Origin: Trichoplax adhaerens
Taxonomy: Eukaryota; Animalia; Placozoa
Assembly: GCF_000150275.1 (NCBI RefSeq)
Contig: NW_002060944.1
Location: 2,704,152-2,768,151 of the forward strand
Direction of reading: 5' to 3'
Length of the DNA stretch: 64,000 nucleotides
Shown here piece after piece: positions 30,576 through 44,696 of this stretch; within the stretch, counting starts at the first letter, position 1, and every line of letters begins with the position of its first letter. The translations under genes and the position numbers were made by a program. The notes under the pieces were generated by a model. It did no database searches. It saw only the letters and a list, made by a program, of their open reading frames with translations, and was not told where the DNA came from.

Positions 30576-32281
30576 CTACAAGATGAATCAGAAGTGGGTT
30601 AAAAAATTGTGGTGGAAAGTTGTGAAGAAAATCATGTTTTCTTCACACGCGATTTCAATTACTAGAATAGTGTTCTATAGTATTGCGGTTAAAAGAATCA
30701 ATATTTCGGCTGAAAGATAAGGTAATTATTTTCGGTATATATTATTACGTGGCATCGTGAGCCATGCTCGATTGTGCACATGGCTTGTAACATATACGTG
30801 TATAAGTATATCACGATGCAAAATCTGGGTTACAACACGTAATTATTTCAAATCTACATGCTTAGAATTTAATTTTGAGGTGCGTTTAATAAAAGGATCA
30901 TTTCTATTATATCTTTCATTGAACTTTAGACCTTTACTTTGGCAATATCGATGTAATTATATAATAATAGCCAGCTTAAATAAAATGTCTGACAGTTAAC
31001 GTTTACTAAGGATAAATTCTCTAAAATTTCCGTACGCAGAATTTCTAAATATGAAACGATTTGAGTTTGACTTGGATAAAAATTCTTTTAGAGTCATATC
31101 GAATTGTCAGTCGTAATAAAAATCTCAACACTATTTGAGGTATGAAGGCATGTGAAATATTTGAATCACTGCCGGGTGTATGTTCCACGTACAAGATCCG
31201 TCACGCTGATTTTCATGAAGAAAATTGAAAAATGCTCAATAACTGTTACAGTAGCTACAAGTAAAATCGTTTATGAATTACATAAGAACAAATTACTTTA
31301 TTTTAAATTTTCTAATATAAAAATAAAAGCTTTGATTCCTGGTAAATACGTATTTTTGTTCGACTCAGAAACATGGTATGGAACGGTTCTTCATGATCGA
31401 GTAAAATGATAATTTTTAGTACTATGAAGGTATATGATATCATGAAAGCTGATTACAAAGGTAAGTGTAAGAATCGAATACTAATTATTTCTGAAGATCC
31501 ATTGCAGAAATTGATAAATTTTGTAATTAGTTATCAAATCTGACCTAATTAGTGAGATCACTAATGTACTCGTGAGTCATTTAACTGGTAGTAGCGTTGC
31601 ACATTTACTTGAATACTGTACAAAGAATTGTTAATCAATGATGTTTCCGCGTTAATACATTAAGACTTCTATTAAGATAAAAGTTTTATTTTCTACTGTT
31701 ACTAGAAACACTGATTGCAATTATTCAGAATTTTTTTTGCTTACGGTCAAAATTATATCAGACGGCTCTTGTTGAATAGTGTCGTAATCGTAGTCCATAT
31801 TCGTTTAAATTTTGATGATTCACGATAATAACTTAATTCTTTCACCAAAATGTTCACTGCTGGTAGACAAAGCTTATAAGATATTTTCAGTATAATTTAC
31901 CATTAAGTATAGTAAATACAACGAATCAGCATGAAAATGACGTGACTCCGCATTTAATTGATAAACAAAATATAAATTGTATGTCGTCTGCGTCAAATAT
32001 CACAACCAGAATTTACAATAAAGTTCTACTATATGGTTTGCCACAAAGCGTATGTAAATCAGTTTCTACCACATAGACCTAAGCCAGGTAGTTATTATGG
32101 CTTATTACGGATACTTTAGCTCTTATGTACCGTTTTTACACACTATCATTAAAGGTATTGCGCTTTTACTGTATTACTGGTCAGAGACCTTATTAGATAG
32201 TTTAAAAATAAAAATGACAGTAATAATTCCCCTTTTTCTAAGGTATCTCAGGCTCAACATAAAATCAAGGAAAAAAAGTCG

Positions 32282-32284
<3 letters not shown>

Positions 32285-32321
<37 letters not shown>

Positions 32322-32326
32322 AATAA
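32285..32326. repeat. (AAT)n/(AAAT)n microsatellite
   Basis: ataataataataataataataataataataaataaataaataa. Confidence 0.9.
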
Positions 32327-33314
32327 TGTAACATAAATAATGCTAATTAATTGACGGATGCTTTGCGTTGCTCATACATTTAGGAATCACACATTTGAAC
32401 ATTATCGAAGTGCTAGGTGATTTATGATGACTACACTATGTCACTCAGACTTGAAATAGAAGAGTTCAAATATTCAAGGCCAGTTTTAATAGCTAATAAG
32501 CATAGTAACAATGATACGCACTCGTATTAAGGCAGTTATAAAATGGACTTTCATAATGAATTAAATCCTCTATTAATTCCTTATGGTGAAAATCAAGGAC
32601 TGCTAAAAATATGATGCTTTTCTGTAATCGCTTCTGAAAAGTATGGATATACATAACTGTAGATTATTAATTGAGTTTTGATAAGTTACAATAGCTTACT
32701 ACTAAAGGAGTAATGATATTCATATACCGTAGTACAATACCATTTGATCATCGTGAACTTCGAATGATGTTGTCGATACATTTATGACATACATTAACCT
32801 TTATTAAAACAGATCAGTCAATAGAATTTATATGATTGAGGTAAAATCTATGGAAAAAGTGTGAAAAATATAGATACTTGTATTTTGGTTGATTAAAACA
32901 TGTTCCTTTATGTCAGTTGATTCAAGATTCATATTTCGAACTGTTATACTCACTAAAGAATACGGAATAATAAGTAATTTCTACTATAAAGAATTCAGCT
33001 ATCTCCTTTGTCCTGCGAAAAAACTGATTATTTATGATATAAAATATAAATTTTAGTATTGTGTGATGTTTAATCACACCATAGTCAGAAGATAAATAAT
33101 GTTTCTTTGTGACTTTAACATAGAATAATTGGTAGTACTTACAATCTGTATAGTGTTTGTTTACAAACTAATACACTACACATTAGTCTCTTAAAATTAA
33201 AAAAGAATGCTAATAACCGTTCACCTAGAGATCGGTCACCTTAAAAGCAGCATAACCTTACTTTGATATTGTGCTATCTATTACAAATATAAGAATAAAA
33301 CTGTATCATCTAGC

Positions 33315-36300
33315 TTAGGCTAAAGTTTTCAAGAATTCTACGGCGGCTGAGAATTGCATCCAGCAATATTGCTCTTCGCCACTAATACGATTTTTATAAA
33401 ATCCATTTATATACTCGATAGTAGATAATAGGCTGGGTGGATTGGCCTTTATCATGACAAAAACAAGAACCGGCACTAAATCATCCGCTCCGGGAACTGA
33501 TGCTTCATTAGCGATCTTGAGCAGGTCCATAATATTTGAACAACAACGTTGAATACATCGCAATTTATCTTGAGGTGCCTAAATTTTATTTGTTGAAACA
33601 AGGATAACAAAAGAAAGCCTTGAAATTCTTACAACGTTTCTCCATAAATATAAGTTGTAGAATTAATGCAAGCACTTAACTATTACTTATGCCACTAATA
33701 TACTAATGATACCTTATATGCATTTATTGATGCTAGCTCTTCTTGTGCAGCAGGCCATGGGGCTAGGGATCTGTATATCTATTACAATATTTAGGAGATT
33801 ATAACCTTTAGTCCATAGACGTCATTACGGATACGTAACGTTGACTTTCAATAAGCTACACATTCAATTCCTTTTAAATTTTAGATAACAAATATTACCT
33901 TGGGTATTTGTAGAGCTTCATGGTCTTCTGTGATAAACTCCAGTAACCTTTCAATGTGTTGATGAAATACCCTACAAAGCGTATAGAACCGATCATTAAA
34001 ACTTCTTCTAATATACCTGACCTAAAGTCACAGGCTGAATTAGTACGAATTCAAATCAGAATTGCACTAAAAAATAGTTTTTCCAGCTTCCTAAAGGGTT
34101 TTATTCTACTTACAAATCACGATGTAAATCTGCATCTCTGTGAGGATAAAATGCGTAAATGTATATCTCACTCATTATACTACGCTCTGCAGCATTATAG
34201 GCATCTTCAAGTTGTTCATCGTTAGCGGCTGCAAGAATACAAAATGAGTTAACAGAGGGAGGGTTTAATAGCGCATACAATGTTAGGTCAGTTTACGTCT
34301 ACGTTACATGCTTACTCTGCCATATTGGGTGTTGGCTAATTCTCTCGTAAAGCTGATCTAAGAAATGTTCTAGTAATTCATTCTGAAATTCAAGGTAACG
34401 GTGGTGTTAGTATTACTATGACTGAGTCTAATAAAAGACCTGCAAAATACTAACTTAGTACTAGCTAACCTTTTCATCGGTTAAAGAAGTGTTTTGAAAA
34501 TTGTTGACAAATTCTCTAACGTCATCTTGATACTGCTCTAAGAATAGCTTTACACATAAGGAAGTGAAGTAATACTTACAGTTACCTTTAAAGCTGAAAA
34601 AAATTGATGCCATCAACAACTTATTATATATAGTTATCATTGGATAATTAATAGACAGCTAATAGTAATTACCTATCGATTCTTTGTATTTGCTTGTCGA
34701 GAAATGACAGGGTAGCCAAAAGCGACTGACGGCATCTAACCAAGTATGTGATATATGGTTCGCGACGATTGTAATCTGTTTCCAGAGCGGTAAACAGTAC
34801 AAGGCGACTGAAAAATTACAATTATATACTTTGAGATATTACAAACAGAACATGAACAATCGTCGTTCGCAAATCCATAATTGATAGTAATCGAGATACC
34901 TATCCGCTTTTAATTTTTTCATGCATCTCAAAGTCTCATGGAGCTGAGATACTACCATTTGATCATGAAGGTTAATTGCTTCAAAAAGTTGAACCTGCAG
35001 GAAATTTATTAGGAGTTCACTGAGAGATGCACTTTCGTTCATTTCGAAAGGTAAATCCACACTGTGAATTGAACACAGTGCAAAGCGCATCTTACGCTTT
35101 GCGTCGTTAAACATTGATGAATTTTCATCAAAAGTACCGTCAACAGAATTAGGCTTGCCATTTCGCTGCCAGTATGATGATATCGGTTTATCAATAGGTT
35201 GTACTGTTGTCGAGAAAGACGCAGAATGCTGTCTGTAAGTTGGTGGAGCTGACAATGACTCTTTTGGTTCTACGTTTTTCTGATACTTGCTGAGAATATC
35301 ATCGGCAGTCAATTGTTGAGTAACTAGCCCTTCGTCAAGGGAAGGTAAAGTAGTAGCAGTACCAGGATTTTTGCTGGCATAAACATCATACGATTGGGAT
35401 TTATGAAAACCCATAAACCTTCCCAAGTTTTCACTTCTTACTTGAACGCGCTTAAACCAACTACGTTTCTTTTTCTCCGAATTAGGTATTGATGAACCAC
35501 TATTGCGTAAATTATCATTCTCGCTACTACCACTACTAGCAATACTTCCATCACGACTACGATTTTCTGAGGTTAATCCTTGTATTAAAATATTTCTGGA
35601 ATCCTGTTCTGGTGGTAAATCAGTGCCTAAAGTCCGGTATCCTTCTACAGTAGCCGAATCTTTAGCGTTTGATTTTATACCAGTGTTGTCAATGCTATTG
35701 TACTGCAATTTCTTCCATTCAGTCTGATTAGTTAACTGAACAACTTGATTAAGCGCAGCTTGATTTGCACTATTTGAAAATAGTAGTTCTGAGAACTGAT
35801 CATTGGGTACAGGCTTAACATCAGTTAAGTTTAAGTTCTCGGTGGTACTAGCAATTGAAGGAGCTAGAATTGTTTCGGTATCACGATGCTTGGCATGAGG
35901 ATCATTACTGCCATCAGTGATACTAGTAGTGACAGAAAAAGACTTATCAGCTGTCGTGCTTGGATCCAATTTGTGATCTTTCTCATCGTTAATAAGACAA
36001 TTACTGTTAATATCGAATTCGGTTGGTACTGTATTTAATGAATGCTCGTTGCTTATCTTAAGTAAATCTGCCATAATGTCATTGGGTATGGTTTCCTCTT
36101 CCGTTTTTAGGGAAGTAAGAAGGTCCACTGATGCGTTTGTTTCCGGTAAAGGTAGTTGTTCGTTGCTCTTTATTTCATGTACAAGAGCACCGTTTTGAGT
36201 TGGTACCGTATCTGAAGAAGGTTTAATTGATTCTATCGCCATAGAATTAACAGTATTTTGATAGCTTAATAAGGGAGCTTGCTGAGGGGGTACCGACGTT

Positions 36301-39300
36301 GATAAAAAATCAAGCAAGTTGGGAGCTTGCTGAGGGGGTGCCGACGTTGATAAAAAATCAAGTAAGTTTACATTATTTTCATTTTTAGTGCTGCCAGAAA
36401 CGGAAGTAGTGTCGTTAACGGTTACATTTTTATCACCAGTAGCTGAGAAAATATCACTTAATAAATCGCTACCACTATCAACAGGAGTTGATTTAGTGCT
36501 GTTATGAGGATTTGAGAAGTTGGTAACCGATACTGAAATATCTTGAGAACCATCGAGTACTCGAGTCGAGCCAGTATTAATGTCTTTATGTGCAATAATG
36601 GGAGTGACAACATCTGCCGACTTAATAGAAGGTGATGATACCTCCGATACGGCATTGTTATTAGAAGTAATCTCCATCGATGCAGTCTTTCCAGCATTTC
36701 CTGCAGTTTGAAGAAGTATTGAACGACCCGGTGTTTGGTTAGTATTTTCCAGACACAACGCACTTAAAGCACCGATTTCATCCATTATTTGCTGGCTTGA
36801 GCCAATGTCACCAATCATGGAATTATTCTTTTGGTCAAGTGATTTTTCGATCATATTGTTTTCTTTATCATTATGATTAGCATGTTTTTTTGCAGGACCA
36901 GAAGTACCAACATTATCATTGCTAGAATTTTCTGTATAACTTTCTTCCGATTGGGTTATTACCTGAATAAATAGATTAATGCAATATTACAGCATCTAAA
37001 TTATCCATTGAAGATACCATCAAAAAACCTGTAATCTATCTAGTACCTGACTCTCAGGGAGAGTGCCAGGCTCGCGTTCGGATGACAAAGAAAAAGAAAT
37101 AATTAAAACCTTTACAGCCTCGGGTCTCATGATTTTTAATTCTTGCAATTGTTTCATCAAGCTAGCTACAGTCTATGATAGACCAAGAAGGACAATTTTA
37201 AAGTGATATCTTGTATTATCTTAGAAACGCAAATTCTTTACAAATAGGTATCTATAGGTTTCTTACTTGCTGACCGTAGCCACTAGAATCCTGCAATTTT
37301 AGCGATGGCATAGAGCCTAGTAAAAAGCCATACTGAGGGTTATATATATCGGTTGGTGTCCCCGAATTACTGTTATCGTTAGGCAATTTAGATAGTAGAA
37401 TCTCTAAAGTGGAACTTTCCCGAATACCATTGTCCATAATAGCGATAATTCTTAGAAACGTTATCTATTTGGGTAAGGATATACAGTACAAGATCAGATC
37501 ACGAAACATGATTGTTCTAATATCAAATTTTATACGTTTTTTATTGATACAATATGACGAGATATACCACACTAACAAAATATCACTTTAGCACTTTTTA
37601 AAAGAATGTAATTGTAGTCATATATCGTAGGATGTAGCTCCTTCATCTAGCAGCGTATTGCAAATTTAGAATTGACTCAACAATACAACTTACCTTCTCT
37701 CAAATTAATAAAATCACGAGTAAAAAATCACTACTTACAATATCAATCCAGTTTATAGAAGCTGTATAGATTTAAACTTCCAAAATCACAATTTCTAAAG
37801 GTGTATGTCTAAGTTTAGTATATGGTAACTACTTATTAACTAACCAAAGCATTTAGCTGACTTTCGGTTGATAGTAAAGCTGAGCGACGCAAGCCATATA
37901 AATTCAGTTGACCTGGTGGATCTAAGCTTACATTTGTATCGTCAATGATATCGTCTAGTAAGCTACTTACACAACCCTAACGCAAGACATAGAATAATCA
38001 ATCAATCATGTCATTGAATTTTCACTACTATTATAGCTCTGTGCTAGCTACAATAACTAATTTTGAAAGTTTTTCCTTCCTACTGTATATTAATTAAATA
38101 TACGCGTATGTATTTCTATCATGAAGGTAATTAATACTGCATAGTTGAGTTTCGAATACCATATTCTGATAGACATTTTTAAGCATAAACTATGAATGTC
38201 AATTGATCAATACTAAATGGAAATAGACGCGTATAGGCAAAAATAGACATGGCTTCAAATGTAGCCTTGAGATGCTATCAATTTATCAACGCTGAACGTT
38301 ATGTTTCCATTGTCGTACATACCAGTTCGAAGTAGTTATAAATGTTATCGTGTAAAGGAGGTTTCTTACCACAATCAGCAAAGGATAAAAAGCGCATAAC
38401 TTTAGCTACTTGTGACATGTTAAAGCGTGCTATATCACTTATACTTGCATCGCCTACTATTCCGTAGCGTTCAGGGTTGACAATAGCAGGGCAAACGTAG
38501 AAGTTTAGTAAAAAGTCAATTAGCATCGACTTGATCTGATTTGGTTCCAAGCAGCGGAGGGATTTGAGAGAATTATATAAATGAGACATTAACCATTTAA
38601 TATTACCAGGAAAGCAGTACATTCTTTGCTTTAAGTTGTGTAGGAATGTTTTACAGATAAGGACTAATCGTTTGCGGCAATTATCCAAATAATTACTCAT
38701 TGATGTTTCAGCTTTAGGAGTACCAGGTTCACCGAATAATTTTAATTTCTCTTGCTCACTCATACGATATAGTACTTTGTCAGGCTCATATTCGATGTAA
38801 GTATCATCTTCGATTAACAATTGTCTGGTCGATTCTTGTAATGCGGCTTTAAGATAGATCTTGGAAGCATTTACACCAGCAACAAATTGCTTAAATAAAA
38901 TGGTAAATGCGTAATCACCACCTTGAAAGTAGACTTCTAAATGATCATTCGGGAGAATTTGGTAGTCAATTAAGAATTTTAATGTTTGTAAAGCAATTTT
39001 TTCGTCTTCGAAGTAGACACAATCAGCGAAAACAACGTGGAAAAGTAACGTCGCTAAGTGCAATGTGTCATAGCCTAAGCGATCACAACCGGCCAAAATA
39101 CGAGCACATAACCGAGGATTCTGGCGCAACTGATACAGAAATTCACTGTATTTAGTCTCGTTAACGCCTAAACTTTTATACCCATCAATAAATTGTGAAG
39201 CATCAAGTAGATTAGCTAAATGATAACATTGCGATGGTGTTAATTCACTGCCAACGGATAAGATACGTTCAATATTGAGCCAATGTTCCTTAGTGATCCA

Positions 39301-39435
39301 TGATTGTTGGCATAATTGATCTGCTTTTTGCCTTATAAGTTGATTCAGTTGATGAATATTGTCTTTTTCACTAGTAATAAAAGAGTGTTCTGATTTTAAC
39401 TTTTCTTGAAGTTTTTGTAACCGAATCGCCGCCAT
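33315..39435 (-). CDS. GAPVD1: GTPase-activating protein and VPS9 domain-containing protein 1 (Rab5 GEF, GAPex-5/RME-6)
   Basis: N-terminal RasGAP-like region (FYVCPAIVNPERYGI...ARFNMSQVA), a long disordered middle exon with DDILSKY and DAKRKMRFAL, and a C-terminal VPS9 domain (PGADDLVPVLVFVMIKANPP...GEEQYCWMQFSAAVEFLK). The ATG is at 39435, not the ORF-track TTG. Confidence 0.95.
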
Positions 39436-40806
39436 CGTAGCCACAATGCCGCTGGCCTTTCCATACAATCGAGGAGTTCTTGTTATCGAGAACGCAAGAG
39501 CTCCCAATGCCCAATTAGCCCGTTAATAACACAATACTACAGTGCGTAGAGTACAGTACAAGAGACTGACATTCACATTTTCCAGTACTGTACACTGTAC
39601 AGTACAGTACAATACTGTAGTCCCAACCCGATTATGGCCAGTATACTGTACACTGTACACTGTACACAATACTCGCGGCCTTCGCCTTCAACGTAATCCA
39701 GTTGTTGTGTACTGGAGTCAGGTCTAACTGGAGGTATCGTTTACCTCTATGAACTACTGTGCAAATTTGTCAAATGTACATCCACACTCATCGACTACTC
39801 CAAAATAAGGCCTTATTTAAGGAATCCACGACGTACACTGTACTGTATTTTAGAGTGAAGAGAAATCCTGATATCATCCTCAACTTAAAAAGGGATATTT
39901 GGCTCAGTACACTATAGACCTGTATCTGTTTTAATGCAATTAAGCACTGTATCAGGACTTCTCTTAATGCTGCGCTGTGCTGAAAAACATCCAACAGCAA
40001 CTGTACTACTCTACGTACAGACTAATTTAATCACTGTTTTGCAGTCGAACAAATAATTCTAAATATACGTTGTGGTCAGCGTAATAATAAAAGCCGTCGT
40101 TTTTTTCACAATCAATAAAGAGAGTACAGTAGAAAGGATTGAGTAGCTAGTTTACTCTTACATCTACTTGGACTACTGTATATTTATTGAGTGTACTGTA
40201 CAATTGTACATTGTACATGTGCAAATTTACTGTCTCATTTGGCTAAAGTCAAGAAAATGAGCACATTTTCAATCACGTCATACCATACAGTCTTAGCATC
40301 TACACTGTCTATGCAAGAATTATGAAGGCACATAGCAATAATTTCTATCAACTTTGCCATCTAAAAATCGAAAAGAATTAAGCCTCACTAGGAATTTATG
40401 GTCATTAATCAGGGACTCCACAATAGGATTGATTGTATGGAGCACTGTAATACAGTACCGACTGTACCGTACATTGACTGTACTGTACGCTATGATATTC
40501 AGCTTTATATTTGTATAATTTTTATATTACATTTTGATTCACTCTCGTGATTTTAGGGCACCTTAATAAAAATAGTACTCTGATTCGAACTGGTTCACAC
40601 TGTACTGTACTGTACATCCAAATGAGCTGGCGATTTAGTTTCCTCCAACGGAGTACAGTATACAGTACAATTTCAGTGGTGGCGTATAGTAGAATGACCA
40701 GAAAAATGATAAGCCCTCATTTTGCACTCAACAGTTCTCGTCCTCTCTTACTACTGTAGTGTGTACACTGTACAGTAGGTCGATTTTGATCATCACATCG
40801 CGTCTA

Positions 40807-40815
40807 TCATGTGAC
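40807..40815 (+). promoter_or_regulatory. M-box/CLEAR-like E-box TCATGTGAC upstream of GLMP
   Basis: Matches the MiT/TFE M-box about 340 nt upstream of a lysosomal membrane gene. It is a short motif and could be chance. Confidence 0.35.
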
Positions 40816-41006
40816 CCATAAGGACGAAGAAAGATACTGAGGTTGAGTGATTCACTGTAATGGAACTGATGTCAGTGTAAAGCAATAACTTTACAGTATC
40901 AGTTTGTCGTTTCCAATCGCTGTTAATTTCATTTACTCCAATCCCAAAACTACTTGCAACTCAGGTCTACAGTACTTGCAAGTACGGTAGCTGTCCCCAT
41001 GATCCG

Positions 41007-41042
41007 GTCCAGTTCAGTCCAGTTCAGTCCAGTTCAGTCCAG
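41007..41042. repeat. 10-bp tandem repeat (GTCCAGTTCA), about 3.5 copies
   Basis: gtccagttcagtccagttcagtccagttcagtccag. Confidence 0.9.
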
Positions 41043-41154
41043 AGTCTTGCAAGTACAGCACTGTAGCTAGTAGTAGCAGGTAGCAAGGTAGGCAAGGTTG
41101 GCAAAGCTACGGAAGCCTGTAAATAATTCTCCAAGTTGAAGAAAATTCATCAAA

Positions 41155-44060
41155 ATGGAAAACCGAACAAACTCAGCACAATGGATCATCCCATTTCTCT
41201 TCTTGGCTTGTTCGATTCAATTCGTATGCGGAAAACAATCCACAAGACAAGTGAGTCAATACCACAAATAACCTGATAGACGAATACACTTAATTAATTA
41301 AACTGTATGCACACTGTACAGTACTGTATATTATACCAGTACAAACGTTGAATTACTCATACTTACTAGACGCGTATTTTGATATTGTCTTATTCAGCAT
41401 AGTAGTGAACGTTGGCTAACCTTGAAATTAAAATATTTCAATTATTGGCCAGTTAATTCATCCTCGTTTCTCCTAGGATAAAATAAACAGATATGGTAGA
41501 GAAGGATAATGTACAATTGGTTTGTTACTTCTCACCTTTGACAACTCATCATTCATACTGTACAGTAGACTGAGCAGTGACAACCGATCTTTTGACCAAT
41601 TTACTACTGTATTTGTTGATGTGCTGACTAGCTTACTTTTAAGCTAATAGTCTCCTTTTGGGGCAGTTTTCATCATAGACCATAAAAATATTGAACGTTT
41701 ATGCTCGCCTATTCTGCATTTCAGTCTCATGCTCGACTAGACTCCGTTAACGTCAAGAAGAGAATCTTATACCATGCCAGTGCTACTTACAGTACAGCGC
41801 CTCACATTCGTATATGTTACAGTCTCTATATGATTTGAGTGTATAATATATATTTTTCGACAACGGACTTATTTTGTGTCCAATGTTAACTGTAGTAATG
41901 AAATTTGCTGAAAGTTGCACTCCTTATAAGACTGTTGTAATTCTATGATGCTGTGTAAAATACTCCTGTCAAATGCAGATACTCCTATTGTGTAACTTAC
42001 TCATATAAATAAATTCACACTGTAGATTAGCATGGAATACAATCCAGGTTGCCCTAAAGAAATTTGCTCAACATCGACTGGAAATACATCAATTAATTTG
42101 ATACATGTCATGGCTAAAAATCCATATAATAATGGTCACGATATCCACTACGTATGGAGTACTATTGGTTCGCCTGCAGTATTAATCGCTTATACAGTCA
42201 AGTCGACTGAAATAAAAATTGATTGGGCCAAGTTCATTTCCGGTAAAGGTGTAAAGTAATACTTTGACATCGCAATTTCTATCATTGAGCATTTTGATTC
42301 ATTATATATTTGTATTACGAAATAGTCTTCCTAAGCGAATTGCTCTACTTAAATGCTAAACTTTAGTTGAGCGTTTACTTTTAAGTTTTACATATTCAAC
42401 TCTTTCCGTAGCGCAAACGCATGATCTCAACGTATCAGCAGCATAATTACTCCAATCGTAGACTGGGGCTTTGTAATCTTCTGTTCTACACATATTTTTA
42501 GATGTTTCATTCCTCTGCGATTTAAAATAACTGCAAAGTCTATGATATGGAATCTGTAATCTTGAATCACAATCTTATACATTCTATCATTCTGCTATGA
42601 TGCATGTTGCTATATCTTTCATTTTGGTAGATGGCACGCTTTTGAAAGATAGCGTTCACTTGCAAAGTGATAGTACAGCTAAATTAATGTCACTTAATAT
42701 TCCTTATTGCAGACAATCCTGCGAACTCTATTACATTTGATCCGGAACCTTTCTACACTTCTGGCATGCAACTAACGCACTTAATAGAATTTGTTGATGT
42801 TAATGATACAGCAAGATTGAATAGTAGTGCTGAGATACACATGTATCCATTTCATGATATGCTATGGGATAGTACATCTTGGGTTAATAGCGAAAAATCT
42901 GATGGAAGAGTAAATTTCACAACTGAATACGGAACAAACACAAATGGTAGCATTCTGCTCTCGGTGTGTGTAACTTTATTAAATGTCTCATGAATTTGAT
43001 GTAATGCAAGTACTATATATGAATCTATTATTTAAACGTGATAATTATTACTTAACATTTTTCTTTAACCGTAAGTATCCATTTTAGTTCTTCTTATTAT
43101 AAAGGCTAATAATTTGTTTAAATGTTATAGTTTGACGCAGGGAAATCGAAAGAAAGAATCAGTCGCTTACCTTTTCTAATGATCACCTCTAATTCATCAG
43201 CAGTTGATTTAGCTCTTCATAACCTGTCGACTATCAGCAATCATTCTCGTTTCGGGCTTGAAATGATGTTTGTTAATAGTTATACTCAGAAACCTAGTAA
43301 ATTTAAAAGCTATCGTTCTATTGATGACGAATACTGCCCTGCTGTTTTTACAATGATTGATGTTAATTTATATGGAGAAGGTATTGGTTTTGAAGTTTAA
43401 CATTGTTCTATAGTTCTTACAATTAAACTCCAATAAAGATGTTACTAGAATCAATTTCTTAAATATTTCTTCTAACAATATAGATGCTTCGAACGGTAGT
43501 TATTGCCAGTTCAGACCTGTCTGTTACGTCAATCCGCATCGGGCATTGAGTGGACAGAAAGAAGTACAGTATTACGAATTCGTACAAGCATCGATCCTGC
43601 CGCATGGCATTTTAACCGCATTTTACGGAGAACAAGATATTAATATATACGGCATGAATATAACATTTGGTCAGAAGAAAGATGGATTTTACGTTGCTAC
43701 CCAATTCACATCATGGTATTTTGCCATTGTACTCGATCTCATACGTATATTTTATGTAGTCAAGCTAGAGAATAGTTCATTGTAACTTACGTGTAGATCT
43801 CTGTCGGACATAGAATATTAGGCAAAAATCGGGTATTGCTAATTATTAATGACAAGTATTTTTCGATTTACAGGACGAGTACGTTTGGTTTTGGAATACC
43901 GCCGGTTGAAAAATTATCACTAGCAATTATCATGATAATAAGTGTTGGCTTGGGAGCACCCGTAGTTCTACTAATCTTTGGTGGAATCGGAGTCTTTATA
44001 AAAGCTCGAAGGAAGCAGTATAGTCGTTTAGAAAGTGTAAAACAAGACATCATAACGTAA
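41155..44060 (+). CDS. GLMP: Glycosylated lysosomal membrane protein (NCU-G1/C1orf85)
   Basis: Signal-peptide exon 41155-41250, then DIHYVWSTIGSPAVL, RSIDDEYCPAVF, NITFG..DGFY and many N-X-S/T sequons. A single TM (IIMIISVGLGAPVVLLIFGGI) is followed by a cytosolic YSRL (YxxPhi) motif. Confidence 0.9.
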
Positions 44061-44696
44061 TGTTGGCAAGGCTTGGACACAATTGTAGTAAGATTAACGA
44101 TTGTAACTCTTGTGGATTTTTAAGTAGAGTAGCTTAATTATATATCAAAATTATATCAAGGCCAGGGCCGTCAAATAGCCAAATTATTTTCAATGTGTAC
44201 TGAAAATTGTGATTGCATTATAAATTTTTGCAACTATGAAATTATTAAATAATGTTTTATTCAAATTTACTTAAATAGTCAAAGAAATTTATAGAAATTT
44301 CAGCTTTAGCTATAGGCAATCTTTATGATATATGTACATATTTATAGACTTGTCGAATAAGAAATCATAGCGAATTGCCATATAAAACCGCTAATCGTGA
44401 TTCTATATTTACAGTATTGCACGCAGGTTTAGAGGTATCTTAGGTTAATTACGTATACTTTTTGTAGCCTGTTATCATTTTTATCTTTACGATACTAATC
44501 TCAAAAATGTAATATCTCTGCGTAAAATGTAGTACTGAAAGGATCAATACGGTATCGCCGATGAAATATTGATTTTACGGGCAGTAAATTAGCTACCATC
44601 ACTTCCGTTGATTGTACAGAAGCGAACCGTAAAAATAAAATAAAGGATTCGAGGCTAAACAGTCCAGACATTGTATAAGAACCAAGCTTCAAGTGT

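Larger units (their letters stand above)
39530..41070. repeat. Extended TACAG/CTGTA-rich region between divergent GAPVD1 and GLMP
   Basis: Dense blocks at 39530-39670, 40170-40220, 40440-40490, 40595-40780 and 40965-41070. Confidence 0.8.
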
